64,000 bases of DNA, from contig DATKZF010000003.1 in NCBI GenBank assembly GCA_035528115.1, forward strand, positions 22,699 to 86,698, in the 5' to 3' direction. The notes under the pieces were generated by a model, which worked only from the letters and a program-made list of their open reading frames with translations, was not told the origin of the DNA and did no database searches. The translations under genes were made by a program, and so were the position numbers. Within the stretch, counting starts at the first letter, position 1. Each line of letters begins with the position of its first letter. The stretch is from Candidatus Bipolaricaulota bacterium. GTDB taxonomy: Bacteria; Patescibacteriota; Patescibacteriia; UBA11705; DATKZF01. Positions 1-8,770 of this stretch are shown here, piece by piece.

Positions 1-354
1 AAAACATTATAACATTATACAAAAATACTGTCAACAGTCACGCTCTCACAAAAAAACGTCATAATTTCCAATAGAATATTCACTTTTTATCCCGACTTTA
101 TACACAGCTCATTTGGCTTAAAACCCTCTTTTTCCCCCACACTTTTTCAACTTGCGAAGCGTGGGTTTTTTAGATAAGATGGAATAGCTTGTATCCTGTA
201 TCATGCCTGCCCGCCGTAGCACGATAGAGCGAAGGCGGGGAGCACGTAACAATGTAACAATATTTCTCCATCCCCAGTTTCAAATTTCCGGTTTCCGGTT
301 TCAAATATCAATTCCCCAATTTCTAGTTTCTATTTTCCAACCCTAATTTCCCCT

Positions 355-1713
355 ATGGACAATCTAACTAAAATTCCACCTCAAAATCTGGAAGCCGAAC
401 AATTTCTTTTGGGTTCGCTTTTGATCGACAAAGACGCGTTTTTGAAAATCGCGGATATTATAGATCCCGAAGATTTTTATAAAACAGCTCATCGGATAAT
501 TTTCGAGCAAATGAGAAAATTATACAGTCAGCAAGAACCGATTGATTTTCTGACTTTGTCAAACGCGCTGGAAGAAAATAAAATGATTGATAAAATCGGC
601 GGCAAAAGTTATTTGACCCAGCTTTCGAACATTGTGCCAACCTCAAGCCACGCCGCCAATTACGCTGAAATCATCAGAAAAAAAGCCACGCGGCGAAGAC
701 TTTTGGACGCGGCCGGAGAAATAGTGGAAATCGGCTATGATGAAGAAAGAGAAGTGGACAAATTATTGGATCAGGCCGAACAAAAACTTTTTTCCGTTTC
801 GCAAAAACATCTTAAACGAGCTTTCGTGCCAATCAACAGCATTTTAAACGAAGCCTTCGATCGCATCGATGAAATTCACAAAGGCGACGGCAAATTGCGC
901 GGCATTCCCACGGGTTTCGGGGATCTGGATAATCTGCTGGGCGGTTTGCAAAAGTCGGATTTGGTAATCTTGGCGGCCAGGCCATCGGTGGGAAAAACTT
1001 CGCTGGCGCTCGATATCGCCAGGCAAGCCGCGGTCAGATCAAAAACTCCGGTCGGCATATTCAGCCTGGAAATGTCAAAAGAGCAGCTGGTTGACCGCTT
1101 GCTTTGCGCCGAAGCCAATGTCGATTTATGGAAAATGAGAACGGGCAAATTGTCCGACCGCGAAGACAATGACGACTTTCCCAGAATCGGCCATGCCATG
1201 GGCTTATTGTCAGAAGCGCCGATTTACATCGACGACTCGGCCATGTGCAATGTTCTGGATATTCGAACCAAAGCGAGGCGTCTTCAAGCCGAACACGGTC
1301 TGGGTTTAATAGTGCTTGATTATTTGCAATTGATGGAAGCTCGAGCCAATGCCGAAAGCCGAGTGCAAGCCGTGGCCGAAATGACCAGGGCGCTCAAAGG
1401 CATTGCCAGGGAATTAAACATCCCAGTATTGGCCTTGTCGCAGTTGTCCCGCGCCGTGGAAATGAGCAAACCGGCCATTCCGAAATTGGCGCATCTTAGA
1501 GAATCGGGTTCAATCGAACAAGACGCGGACGTGGTCATGTTCATTTACAGAAAAACCGCGGACAGAAATTTTACTCCGGAGCAAATCTCTCCGGATGAAA
1601 AATATATGGCGGAAATCCACGTGGCCAAACACAGAAACGGCCCTACCGGACTGGTCAAGCTGTTTTTTCAAGAACAAACGGCCAGCTTCAAAAATCTGAC
1701 GAGGAATATGTAA
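355..1713 (+). CDS. dnaB: Replicative DNA helicase
   Basis: PPQNLEAEQ N-terminus, Walker A AARPSVGKT, FSLEM, DYLQLM, LSQLSR, LRESGSIEQDAD, KHRNGPTG. Confidence 0.98.
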   Translation: MDNLTKIPPQNLEAEQFLLGSLLIDKDAFLKIADIIDPEDFYKTAHRIIFEQMRKLYSQQEPIDFLTLSNALEENKMIDKIGGKSYLTQLSNIVPTSSHAANYAEIIRKKATRRRLLDAAGEIVEIGYDEEREVDKLLDQAEQKLFSVSQKHLKRAFVPINSILNEAFDRIDEIHKGDGKLRGIPTGFGDLDNLLGGLQKSDLVILAARPSVGKTSLALDIARQAAVRSKTPVGIFSLEMSKEQLVDRLLCAEANVDLWKMRTGKLSDREDNDDFPRIGHAMGLLSEAPIYIDDSAMCNVLDIRTKARRLQAEHGLGLIVLDYLQLMEARANAESRVQAVAEMTRALKGIARELNIPVLALSQLSRAVEMSKPAIPKLAHLRESGSIEQDADVVMFIYRKTADRNFTPEQISPDEKYMAEIHVAKHRNGPTGLVKLFFQEQTASFKNLTRNM

Positions 1714-1732
1714 TCATGTATCATGGAGCGGT

Positions 1733-1827
1733 GTTACAAATTACAATCCTCTGTTTAGCTTTCAGGTTATTTGTTACGAATTACAAGATTCTCAGGCATA
1801 AGGCTATAGGTGAATGTAATTTGTAAC
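1733..1827 (+). repeat. Family-A inverted repeat element (GTTACRAATTACA arms), empty copy
   Basis: GTTACAAATTACA 1733-1745, GTTACGAATTACA 1773-1785, inverted TGTAATTTGTAAC 1815-1827; same spacer (TTTAGCTTTCAGGTTATTT) as other copies. Confidence 0.9.
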
Positions 1828-1861
1828 AAAAACGAATTTCAAATATTTAACGCATTTATGT

Positions 1862-2137
1862 ATGAGTTTTTTCGATCAAATCAAACAAATGAAACAGCTC
1901 CAAGCCCAAATGGCGGAAGAATTCGCCGAAGGCTCGGCCGGGTTTGGAAAAGTAAAAATTAAAATCAACGGCGCGCAGGAAATTTTGGACGTGCAAATCG
2001 ATGAAAGTCTTTTGGAAAACAAAGAAAAGCTTCAAAATCTCATCAAAGAAGCGACAAACGACGCCATTAAAAAAATCCAGCGGCAAATGGCTTTAAAAAT
2101 GAGAGGCCAAATGGGCGGAGGATTTCCGGGGCTTTAA
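1862..2137 (+). CDS. ybaB: YbaB/EbfC family nucleoid-associated protein
   Basis: 91 aa, GSAGFGKVKIKING...LIKEATNDA pattern; canonical position upstream of recR. Confidence 0.9.
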   Translation: MSFFDQIKQMKQLQAQMAEEFAEGSAGFGKVKIKINGAQEILDVQIDESLLENKEKLQNLIKEATNDAIKKIQRQMALKMRGQMGGGFPGL

Positions 2138-2155
2138 GCTTCCACCAGGCTTTAC

Positions 2156-2220
2156 GTCGGACTTTAGTCCGAGCGCTTCAACCGGGCTTTAGCCCAGGGT
2201 CGTCGGACTTTAGTCCGAGC
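2156..2220. repeat. REP-like palindromes (TCGGACTTTAGTCCGA x2 plus GGGCTTTAGCCC)
   Basis: Two copies of CGTCGGACTTTAGTCCGAGC flank a related hairpin in the ybaB-recR spacer; related hairpins at about 49206-49235. Confidence 0.7.
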
Positions 2221-2258
2221 AAGCTAACCCTATCCAAAAAGCCCGGTAGAAATTTCAT

Positions 2259-2864
2259 ATGGTCATATACCCTTCCGAAATCGAAAACCTCATCGACAAA
2301 TTCAACAAACTTCCCGGCATTGGCAGAAAAACATCGGAGAAGTTTGTTTTTTATTTGCTCAGGGAAAATCCCCTCTTTCTTAATGAATTTTCAGCCAGCA
2401 TTTTAAATTTGAAAAAAAATCTCAACTTTTGCCAAAAATGCGGCAACTTCTCCGGCACAAAAACGATTTGCGAAATCTGCGCTGATGAACGCAGAGACAA
2501 ATCGCTTCTTTGCATTATCGAAGACATTCAAGATCTGGCCGTGATCGAATCGACCGGAGAATACCACGGGCAATATCACGTGCTCGGAGGACAAATCAAT
2601 CCGCTCGAAGGAATTACTCCCGAAAAATTGAATATTCAAAAATTAATCGACCGAGTCAAAGCCGAAAAATTTTCGGAGATAATTTTGGCCTTAAATCCGG
2701 ACATTCAAGGCGAAGCCACTTCCCTATACTTGGTCAAACTCTTCAAACCGCTCAACGTCAAATTCACCAAACTCGCCCGCGGCCTGGCCATGGGCAGCGA
2801 TTTGGAATACACGGATGAGACCACTTTGACCAACGCGCTCAAAGGCAGGCAGGAGGTAAAGTAA
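2259..2864 (+). CDS. recR: Recombination mediator RecR
   Basis: LPGIGRKT HhH motif, CxxC...CxxC zinc finger, YHVLGG, Toprim EIILALNPDIQGEAT, LARGL. Confidence 0.98.
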   Translation: MVIYPSEIENLIDKFNKLPGIGRKTSEKFVFYLLRENPLFLNEFSASILNLKKNLNFCQKCGNFSGTKTICEICADERRDKSLLCIIEDIQDLAVIESTGEYHGQYHVLGGQINPLEGITPEKLNIQKLIDRVKAEKFSEIILALNPDIQGEATSLYLVKLFKPLNVKFTKLARGLAMGSDLEYTDETTLTNALKGRQEVK

Positions 2865-2989
2865 TTGATCATGGAGCATAAATCATGAAACAAAAACGGA
2901 TTAAATTTGCGATAGCGGTAACGAATCTCGAATAACAATCATCTCATTATAATCAACAATTTCATTAACTTTTATTTACTCAAAAAAAT

Positions 2990-4348
2990 ATGCAAAACTT
3001 TGAAAAACCAAAAGCGATAGACGAACAATGGTATGACACTTTTGAAAAACACGCGGCCTTTCAAGCTTATGAATACATGGATGGCGATAAAGAATACCGG
3101 GAAGAACAAAAAAAGAAATTTATAGCAGGCGAAATGGAAAATCCCGAATTGGATTATCCTAAAATCGATGTGAAAAAAATTGAAGAAACGGAACAAATTC
3201 TTCTAAAGCTTCGTAAAGACATTAAAACCCTGGAAGAAAATGAAATAGTCAGCCAGCTTTACAGGTGGCGGCTTAATGAAAAAATTGCCGAGCTTCGAAT
3301 CCTAAAAGCGGCGGCCAATAAAGACATGCATCGCTTTCAAGGATATTCGGAGTTTGTCTATGGCGCGCCTTCACCTGATATATTCGCTTACACTGTGCAA
3401 AACGTTAGGAAAACCGCTGAAAAGGCCGTTGAATCGGATAATGCTGATGTTAAAAAAACCGCTCAGGAATTGCTGTCCGCTCTGCCAGACAAAATGCCTG
3501 AAGTTAAAATTCAAGAATTGCCCGATGAGCCTACCGTGCAACTGGCTAAAGAAATGACGGAAAAAGAGATGAGCGACTTGATCAACATTTCGTACAAAGA
3601 CGGAAATTTTAACGCTGAAGATATCACGGCAATATTCACCCAAGCTTTGGCCGGCCTGCGCGCCGATGGCTGGCAGGTGGCGATTGACAAAAGCAGTAAA
3701 ACGGCCATCAGCGTTGATCAAGAATTAAAAACAATAAAAATTCCAGAGTCGAGAAAAATGCTTTTTAATAAACTCAGGACGCTGATCGCCCACGAAATAG
3801 GCACTCATGTCGCCCGCCGAACGAACGGAGAGCGAAGCCGCTTGAAATTGCTGGGTCTGGGACTGGATCGGTATGAAAAAGGCGAGGAAGGCGTGGCCAC
3901 AATGAGAGAGCAAGCTTTATCAGAAGAGCTGAATGATTTCGCCGGACTGGACGGCCATCTGGCCATCGGATTGGCATGCGGGCTTGACGACCAACCCAGG
4001 GATTTCAGAAAAGTGTATGAAATTTTGGAAAAATATTACCGGCTGAATAATTTGCTGCGAGGCAAAAAAATGGAAGAAGCCGTATCCGCTTCAACGACAA
4101 TTGCTTGGAACCGCGCGATTCGCACGTTCAGAGGCACTGACTGCAAAACTCCGGGCGTCTGCTTCACCAAGGATATAATTTACCGCGAAGGCAACATTGA
4201 AACATGGAATGTCGTAAAAAATAAACCGGAAGAGATGTCGCGCTTTAGCATCGGCAAATATGATCCGGCCAATCCGCGGCACATTTGGATCCTAGATACG
4301 CTGGGAATAACCGATAAGGAATTAAATCAAGCGCAACAGACCTCCTAA
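2990..4348 (+). CDS. DUF1704 / MATCAP-like zinc metallopeptidase
   Basis: HEIGTH (HExxxH) followed by EEGVA and later FTKDIIYREG and GKY, typical of DUF1704. Confidence 0.75.
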   Translation: MQNFEKPKAIDEQWYDTFEKHAAFQAYEYMDGDKEYREEQKKKFIAGEMENPELDYPKIDVKKIEETEQILLKLRKDIKTLEENEIVSQLYRWRLNEKIAELRILKAAANKDMHRFQGYSEFVYGAPSPDIFAYTVQNVRKTAEKAVESDNADVKKTAQELLSALPDKMPEVKIQELPDEPTVQLAKEMTEKEMSDLINISYKDGNFNAEDITAIFTQALAGLRADGWQVAIDKSSKTAISVDQELKTIKIPESRKMLFNKLRTLIAHEIGTHVARRTNGERSRLKLLGLGLDRYEKGEEGVATMREQALSEELNDFAGLDGHLAIGLACGLDDQPRDFRKVYEILEKYYRLNNLLRGKKMEEAVSASTTIAWNRAIRTFRGTDCKTPGVCFTKDIIYREGNIETWNVVKNKPEEMSRFSIGKYDPANPRHIWILDTLGITDKELNQAQQTS

Positions 4349-4383
4349 CCAACGCGCTCAAAGGGAGGCAGGAGGTGAAATAA
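4348..4383 (+). repeat. Copy 2 of recR 3' end (TNALKGRQEVK*)
   Basis: ACCAACGCGCTCAAAGGGAGGCAGGAGGTGAAATAA, 33/36 identical to recR 2829-2864, all differences synonymous. Confidence 0.97.
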
Positions 4384-4393
4384 TTTTATAAAT

Positions 4394-4807
4394 ATGAACG
4401 AAAAACTAGAAACTTCCGGCGCTTTGGAAAAAATCAGCGCGGAAAAAATGAAAACTATAATTCAGGATGTGATCGACGACAATTTCTCGGTTTTCGACAA
4501 TGAAACCATGGCCGATTACGATGCTGATTTTTCCGGCGAAGAGCCTTGTCTCATAAACATTTGGGCCAAACGAAAAGGCTATGGATTCGGCTATTTGGTT
4601 TTTCATGATTTTCTGCGCCGAGTCGGTCTTCAAAAAACATTTCTTTCGACGGATTTTACGGAAGAAGGTTCAAACCTTTTTCAAAAAGCGATGTCCGACG
4701 GCTTGATAGAAAAAGTTTCCGAGCCGAGCGGTCTGCAAAGATTGACAAGATGGAAGGTCATAAACGACCCGATTCAAAATCTGGGAAAAATAAGCGACCG
4801 AAAATGA
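4394..4807 (+). CDS. Hypothetical protein, possibly GNAT-fold
   Basis: 137 aa ORF; KRKGYG resembles the acetyl-CoA binding motif, followed by TEEGSNLF. Confidence 0.55.
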   Translation: MNEKLETSGALEKISAEKMKTIIQDVIDDNFSVFDNETMADYDADFSGEEPCLINIWAKRKGYGFGYLVFHDFLRRVGLQKTFLSTDFTEEGSNLFQKAMSDGLIEKVSEPSGLQRLTRWKVINDPIQNLGKISDRK

Positions 4808-4816
4808 GATTTTTCA

Positions 4817-4852
4817 ACCAACGCGCTGAAAGGCAGGCAGGAGGTGAAGTGA
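4817..4852 (+). repeat. Copy 3 of recR 3' end (TNALKGRQEVK*)
   Basis: ACCAACGCGCTGAAAGGCAGGCAGGAGGTGAAGTGA, 33/36 identical, differences synonymous or stop-to-stop. Confidence 0.97.
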
Positions 4853-4874
4853 ATATTTTATTAATCTATAATTT

Positions 4875-5528
4875 ATGAGTGCAGAAAATTGGGTACACGC
4901 TAGTTACATAGCAATATTTATTGGCGGTGTTATAGCCGCGTCTGGAGGTTTAGGGAGTTATTTTTTCAAAAATGCTTTGGAAAAAGAAGACTTAACAAAA
5001 AATAAGCCTGCGATTGAAATCAAAACTCAAAAGAATGATAACAAAATAAATTTTTATATAAAAAGCTCAAACGATAACGTAACTTCAATAGCGATTGATT
5101 ACCCTATCTGGGGAATCGTTACTAATATAACGGATTTCAATTCAATAACTGATGCCCAAACAAAAAAAATGGACGTCATAGGATCGACTAATGGTTATTC
5201 TCAGAATAACATTGAGATGCTTCTTGAAAAGATAAAACCAAATACTTCACTCGAATTTGAAGTTTCATTTAATAAAAATGGCATGTCTCCAGAAGATTTG
5301 GATTTAACTATTGTCGATTATGACAAATATATGAGCAGATATAAACTCTCATATACTTGGGAGTACAAAGGGAAAAAATACAGCGAAATGGAATGGCATC
5401 TTACAGGGGATGATAATTTAACCATTAAACCTGCAATAGAGTATAGAGATATTTCTATTATAAAAGAAGAGGATTCAATCACTCAAACGAATGTATCACA
5501 AAGAAGGAGTTTCATAAAAGCAGACTAA
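4875..5528 (+). CDS. Hypothetical membrane-anchored protein (AT-rich)
   Basis: 217 aa ORF with an N-terminal hydrophobic helix; AT-rich DNA. Confidence 0.7.
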   Translation: MSAENWVHASYIAIFIGGVIAASGGLGSYFFKNALEKEDLTKNKPAIEIKTQKNDNKINFYIKSSNDNVTSIAIDYPIWGIVTNITDFNSITDAQTKKMDVIGSTNGYSQNNIEMLLEKIKPNTSLEFEVSFNKNGMSPEDLDLTIVDYDKYMSRYKLSYTWEYKGKKYSEMEWHLTGDDNLTIKPAIEYRDISIIKEEDSITQTNVSQRRSFIKAD

Positions 5529-5551
5529 TCAAAAAACTTTAATAGCTACAT

Positions 5552-5599
5552 GAAGCAACTTTAACTAATGCGTTTATAAGGAGGTAAGAGGTGAAATAA
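5552..5599 (+). repeat. Decayed copy 4 of recR 3' end
   Basis: Reads EATLTNAFIRR*EVK* against recR ETTLTNALKGRQEVK*; core 5564-5599 is 25/36 identical. Confidence 0.85.
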
Positions 5600-5618
5600 A
5601 TAAGCAATAATGTTTATT

Positions 5619-6521
5619 ATGGCAAAATATTTAATCGTTTTAGGCGCTGGAGCTAGCTATGGCTCTGACAAGCCAGCAAACACACCACCGCTTACCAATA
5701 AATTATTTGACGAATTGTGTAAATCTAATCCAGAAGGCTGGGGTAGTTTAGATGGGAAATACAAAAAATTATTCAGGCAGGATTTTGAACAAGCGATGGA
5801 ACAAGTTGCAAAGGAACAACCACAGAACATGACAATTCTGCAAAGAGCAATGGCATACTATTTTTATAAATTTGAACCGTACTGTTCAAACCTATATTAT
5901 CAATTAGCTAAAAAAATAAAAAAGACAACATGGGATGGGGCTTTTGTATCCTTCAATTATGAAAGACTTTTAGAACTTTCCTTGTCAAGAGTAGGGTTTC
6001 AACCATATATTGGAAATAAGCCAAAAAATTCAAACAACCTGATAGAATTATGCTTACCCCACGGGTACTGCGATATTTTCTGTACCGCTGTAAAGGCAGG
6101 ATCAACAACAATTTTTTCTGGATGCAATGTTGATGGGCCAGTTAAAAAAACAAAAACGGAAGAAGAATTTGAAGGGGAAATTAAAAATAGTGTGCCACCT
6201 GTCATGAGTTATTTCGTGCCATCAAAAGTAACAATGAGTGGCACTTCTTTCATAAATCAACAAAGGAACAGATTTAAAGAACTTACCCAGACATCCTCTG
6301 TAATTGTCATTATTGGCATGCGGATTCGAAAACATGACGAGCATATTTGGGATCCTCTTTCGAGCACATCTGCCAAAATCATATATTGTGCAGGCACAAG
6401 CGCTGGCGAAGAATTTAAAGTATGGGCAGAAAAAAACAGAAAAGGCAAGGAAGATATAATGCTACAATTATACTTTAGAAATAACTTCAAACAAATATGT
6501 TTTCATTTAGGAATTATCTAA
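5619..6521 (+). CDS. SIR2-like (sirtuin-fold) protein
   Basis: LIVLGAGASY, SFNYE, LPHG, IVIIGMRI..DEHI motifs of SIR2_2-type proteins; alternative start 5610. Confidence 0.75.
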   Translation: MAKYLIVLGAGASYGSDKPANTPPLTNKLFDELCKSNPEGWGSLDGKYKKLFRQDFEQAMEQVAKEQPQNMTILQRAMAYYFYKFEPYCSNLYYQLAKKIKKTTWDGAFVSFNYERLLELSLSRVGFQPYIGNKPKNSNNLIELCLPHGYCDIFCTAVKAGSTTIFSGCNVDGPVKKTKTEEEFEGEIKNSVPPVMSYFVPSKVTMSGTSFINQQRNRFKELTQTSSVIVIIGMRIRKHDEHIWDPLSSTSAKIIYCAGTSAGEEFKVWAEKNRKGKEDIMLQLYFRNNFKQICFHLGII

Positions 6522-6591
6522 TGTATAAATTTAGAATGTAACTCTCACAGTATGGCAACGCCATTAAGTAATCGTTAAATGATATAAAATT

Positions 6592-7014
6592 GTGAAAATA
6601 ATTACTAAAATGGAAATACTAAATACACTATTACAAAAAATCAAAGAAATGGACGAAAACATTGAATCTTGCATTATAGACAATTCGATTTGTTTCTCTC
6701 GCGAATTACACGATAAACACACAAATCATCCCCTAAACATGACTAGTGCTATTTGCATTGTAGAGAAACATGATGTTAACTTATATTTATTTATCTCTGA
6801 GCAAAAAAACACGAATGGTAGCAATCAAAAATTTAGCATCCACTTAAAAGATGGGGATAACACACTTTTAAAATATTACGACAAAGACACTAAATTCGGA
6901 ATACACATTCATGAATGCCCCAACGGGAAAAAGGAAAGGGCGCACAAGCCTTTTAATGGAGGAATAAATGAAATCGCACAGGATATAATTAAAATAATAA
7001 ATAATATTTTATGA
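6592..7014 (+). CDS. Hypothetical protein (AT-rich)
   Basis: 140 aa ORF; C-terminal YYD...HIH weakly recalls DUF6516/TumE-like proteins. Confidence 0.6.
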   Translation: MKIITKMEILNTLLQKIKEMDENIESCIIDNSICFSRELHDKHTNHPLNMTSAICIVEKHDVNLYLFISEQKNTNGSNQKFSIHLKDGDNTLLKYYDKDTKFGIHIHECPNGKKERAHKPFNGGINEIAQDIIKIINNIL

Positions 7015-7253
7015 AGATCTTAAAAATTATTGGAGTATTCATGATCGGTATTATAATTGGATATTTTATTTTTCACAAAGAAGACTCTAACGCAAACCTT
7101 GAGTACGGCCAAACAGGCGCTCCTAAAAATTGCAAAGCAATTATTTATGAAAATTATTTTGCATATAAAATTTCTGAAAAAATTACAGCAGAAGACGCTC
7201 TCACTTCCATTTATAGGAATTGTGGTGAAAATGGCCCAGCTTGGGAAAATTAA
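7011..7253 (+). CDS. Small membrane-anchored hypothetical protein
   Basis: ATGA overlap with the upstream ORF; N-terminal TM helix; two Cys. Confidence 0.65.
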   Translation: MKILKIIGVFMIGIIIGYFIFHKEDSNANLEYGQTGAPKNCKAIIYENYFAYKISEKITAEDALTSIYRNCGENGPAWEN

Positions 7254-7260
7254 AAAAACT

Positions 7261-7491
7261 ATGTCCAAATCTTGCACATCTTATAACTTCCCCTTAGGCA
7301 AATACAAACATTTCAAAGGCAATATCTACGAAGTCATCGGCTCGGCCAAACACAGCGAAACATTGGAAGATTTGGTGATTTATCGCTCGGTTGAGAATCC
7401 CGACGAGCTTTGGGTTCGGCCGAAAAAAATGTTTTTTGAAGAAGTGGAAGTAAACGGAGAGAAGATTCCCAGATTCGAATTTATGGAATAA
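7261..7491 (+). CDS. DUF1653 domain protein
   Basis: YKHFKGNIYEV...HSETLEDLVIY...WVRP...F motif; start taken at ATG 7261. Confidence 0.85.
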   Translation: MSKSCTSYNFPLGKYKHFKGNIYEVIGSAKHSETLEDLVIYRSVENPDELWVRPKKMFFEEVEVNGEKIPRFEFME

Positions 7492-7515
7492 ACGGCTCAG
7501 GCGAGGCCGTTTTTT
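7491..7515 (+). terminator. Intrinsic terminator
   Basis: AACGGC-loop-GCCGTT followed by a T-run. Confidence 0.65.
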
Positions 7516-7608
7516 GTTTTCCCCAATATAATTCGAGTTGACTTGAAAAAATGTTATAATATTTACAAAGATTATTAATTCCAACATTTGGAAATTATTA
7601 TAAAAAAT

Positions 7609-7842
7609 ATGACACCTTACATTTTAATTTCAATCATTGTATTGGCAGTTATAGCGGCGCTGGTCTTTTTCCTCAAGGGCAAAAAATCAGGCGCCAAGCT
7701 CACGCCCTTAGCCGGAATTAGTTTCGCTTTCATTTTGGCGGGCATGGTTTTCGGCGAGAGCAGGATTGTTGGGTATAGCTTAATGGGCGCGGGCGTGGCT
7801 TTGGCGATCGTGGACATGATACTTAAATTGAAAAATAAATAA
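7609..7842 (+). CDS. Small three-TM membrane protein
   Basis: Three hydrophobic segments; LTPLAGISFAFILAG. Confidence 0.7.
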   Translation: MTPYILISIIVLAVIAALVFFLKGKKSGAKLTPLAGISFAFILAGMVFGESRIVGYSLMGAGVALAIVDMILKLKNK

Positions 7843-7893
7843 TTTTAAAACCCCGAACAGCTGTTTAGCTGACGGGGCTTGATGGAACATCCG

Positions 7894-8148
7894 TTACTCG
7901 CTAAGCTTGTCCGCGCGCCGGTAGATTTTGATCGTGTCGGTTTGATCATCCGGTTTTCGCACGAATTCCTTTCGCACGATGGCGCGCAGCAAATCGAGAA
8001 CGCAAACAAGTCCCGCGACCGGCATCTCCCATTCTCCGACCAGATGGTCTCCTTGCTCGCTGTCTCTCCAGAGGCTGACTTTTTCAAGACCCACGTAATA
8101 GCGGATCTTGGTCACCAGACGCAGTTTATACAGTTCAAGGTCAATCAT
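7894..8148 (-). CDS. Hypothetical protein (SD-led orphan)
   Basis: AGGAGG 6 nt before ATG; TTGACA-N17-TAACAT promoter-like element upstream on the minus strand. Confidence 0.65.
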   Translation of the reverse strand: MIDLELYKLRLVTKIRYYVGLEKVSLWRDSEQGDHLVGEWEMPVAGLVCVLDLLRAIVRKEFVRKPDDQTDTIKIYRRADKLSE

Positions 8149-8265
8149 CTCGATCCTCCTCCGTTTCCCGTTTTTGGGAATTTTTTAATGTTAACATCGG
8201 CCGCGCCTATTGTCAATCCGCAACAAAAAACAAGCCCGATCAGGCTTGCTTTTTATTTATTGAAA

Positions 8266-8640
8266 TTATTTCTTCACAGTTTTTGTAGCCGTTTTTTTCG
8301 GCTCAACCTTCTTTACTCCAGCTTTCACTCCGCCAACGCTTAAAATTTTAATTTGCGTAAAAGGCTGCCGATGTCCGTATTTTCTTCGATATCTGGTTTT
8401 GCTTTTGTACTTGATAACATCAATTTTTTTGGCTCTGCCCTGCTCTATAATTTCCGTTTCGACTTTCTTTGAAGTGAGCGGCAGGCCCAAATCAAAATCC
8501 TTAGCTGAAGCATCAGAGACGAGCATGGCGTCAAACGAAACCTTATCGCCGGCCTGGCCTTCAATTTTTTCTATTTTCAACATTTTGTTAGGAGTAACAA
8601 CGTATTGCTTGCCTCCGGTTTTTATCACTGCAATGATCAT
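8266..8640 (-). CDS. rplU: 50S ribosomal protein L21
   Basis: AVIKTGGKQY...KYKSKTRYRRKYGHRQPFT. Confidence 0.97.
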   Translation of the reverse strand: MIIAVIKTGGKQYVVTPNKMLKIEKIEGQAGDKVSFDAMLVSDASAKDFDLGLPLTSKKVETEIIEQGRAKKIDVIKYKSKTRYRRKYGHRQPFTQIKILSVGGVKAGVKKVEPKKTATKTVKK

Positions 8641-8770
8641 ATTTTGGAAATTCGTTATATCGAAATTCGAGAATCGTTATCGAAAATCGAAATTAGAAAT
8701 CGGATTATGAATACAAGAGAAATTATAGCTAATCCAATGATTTTCGTCAAGTTTTGATAACCGCGAGGCA

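Noticed and set aside
98-106. oriC upstream of dnaB (TTATACACA)
   Set aside because: Only one consensus DnaA box is visible; at most a regulatory site.
4370-4394. AGGAGGT in the recR-tail copies as a ribosome-binding site
   Set aside because: It lies 17 nt or more from the downstream starts and is explained by the codons CAG GAG GTN.
4340-5599. Integron attC sites (YAAC near the cargo stops)
   Set aside because: No RYYYAAC...GTTRRRY palindromes and no intI; the repeats are plainly recR codons.
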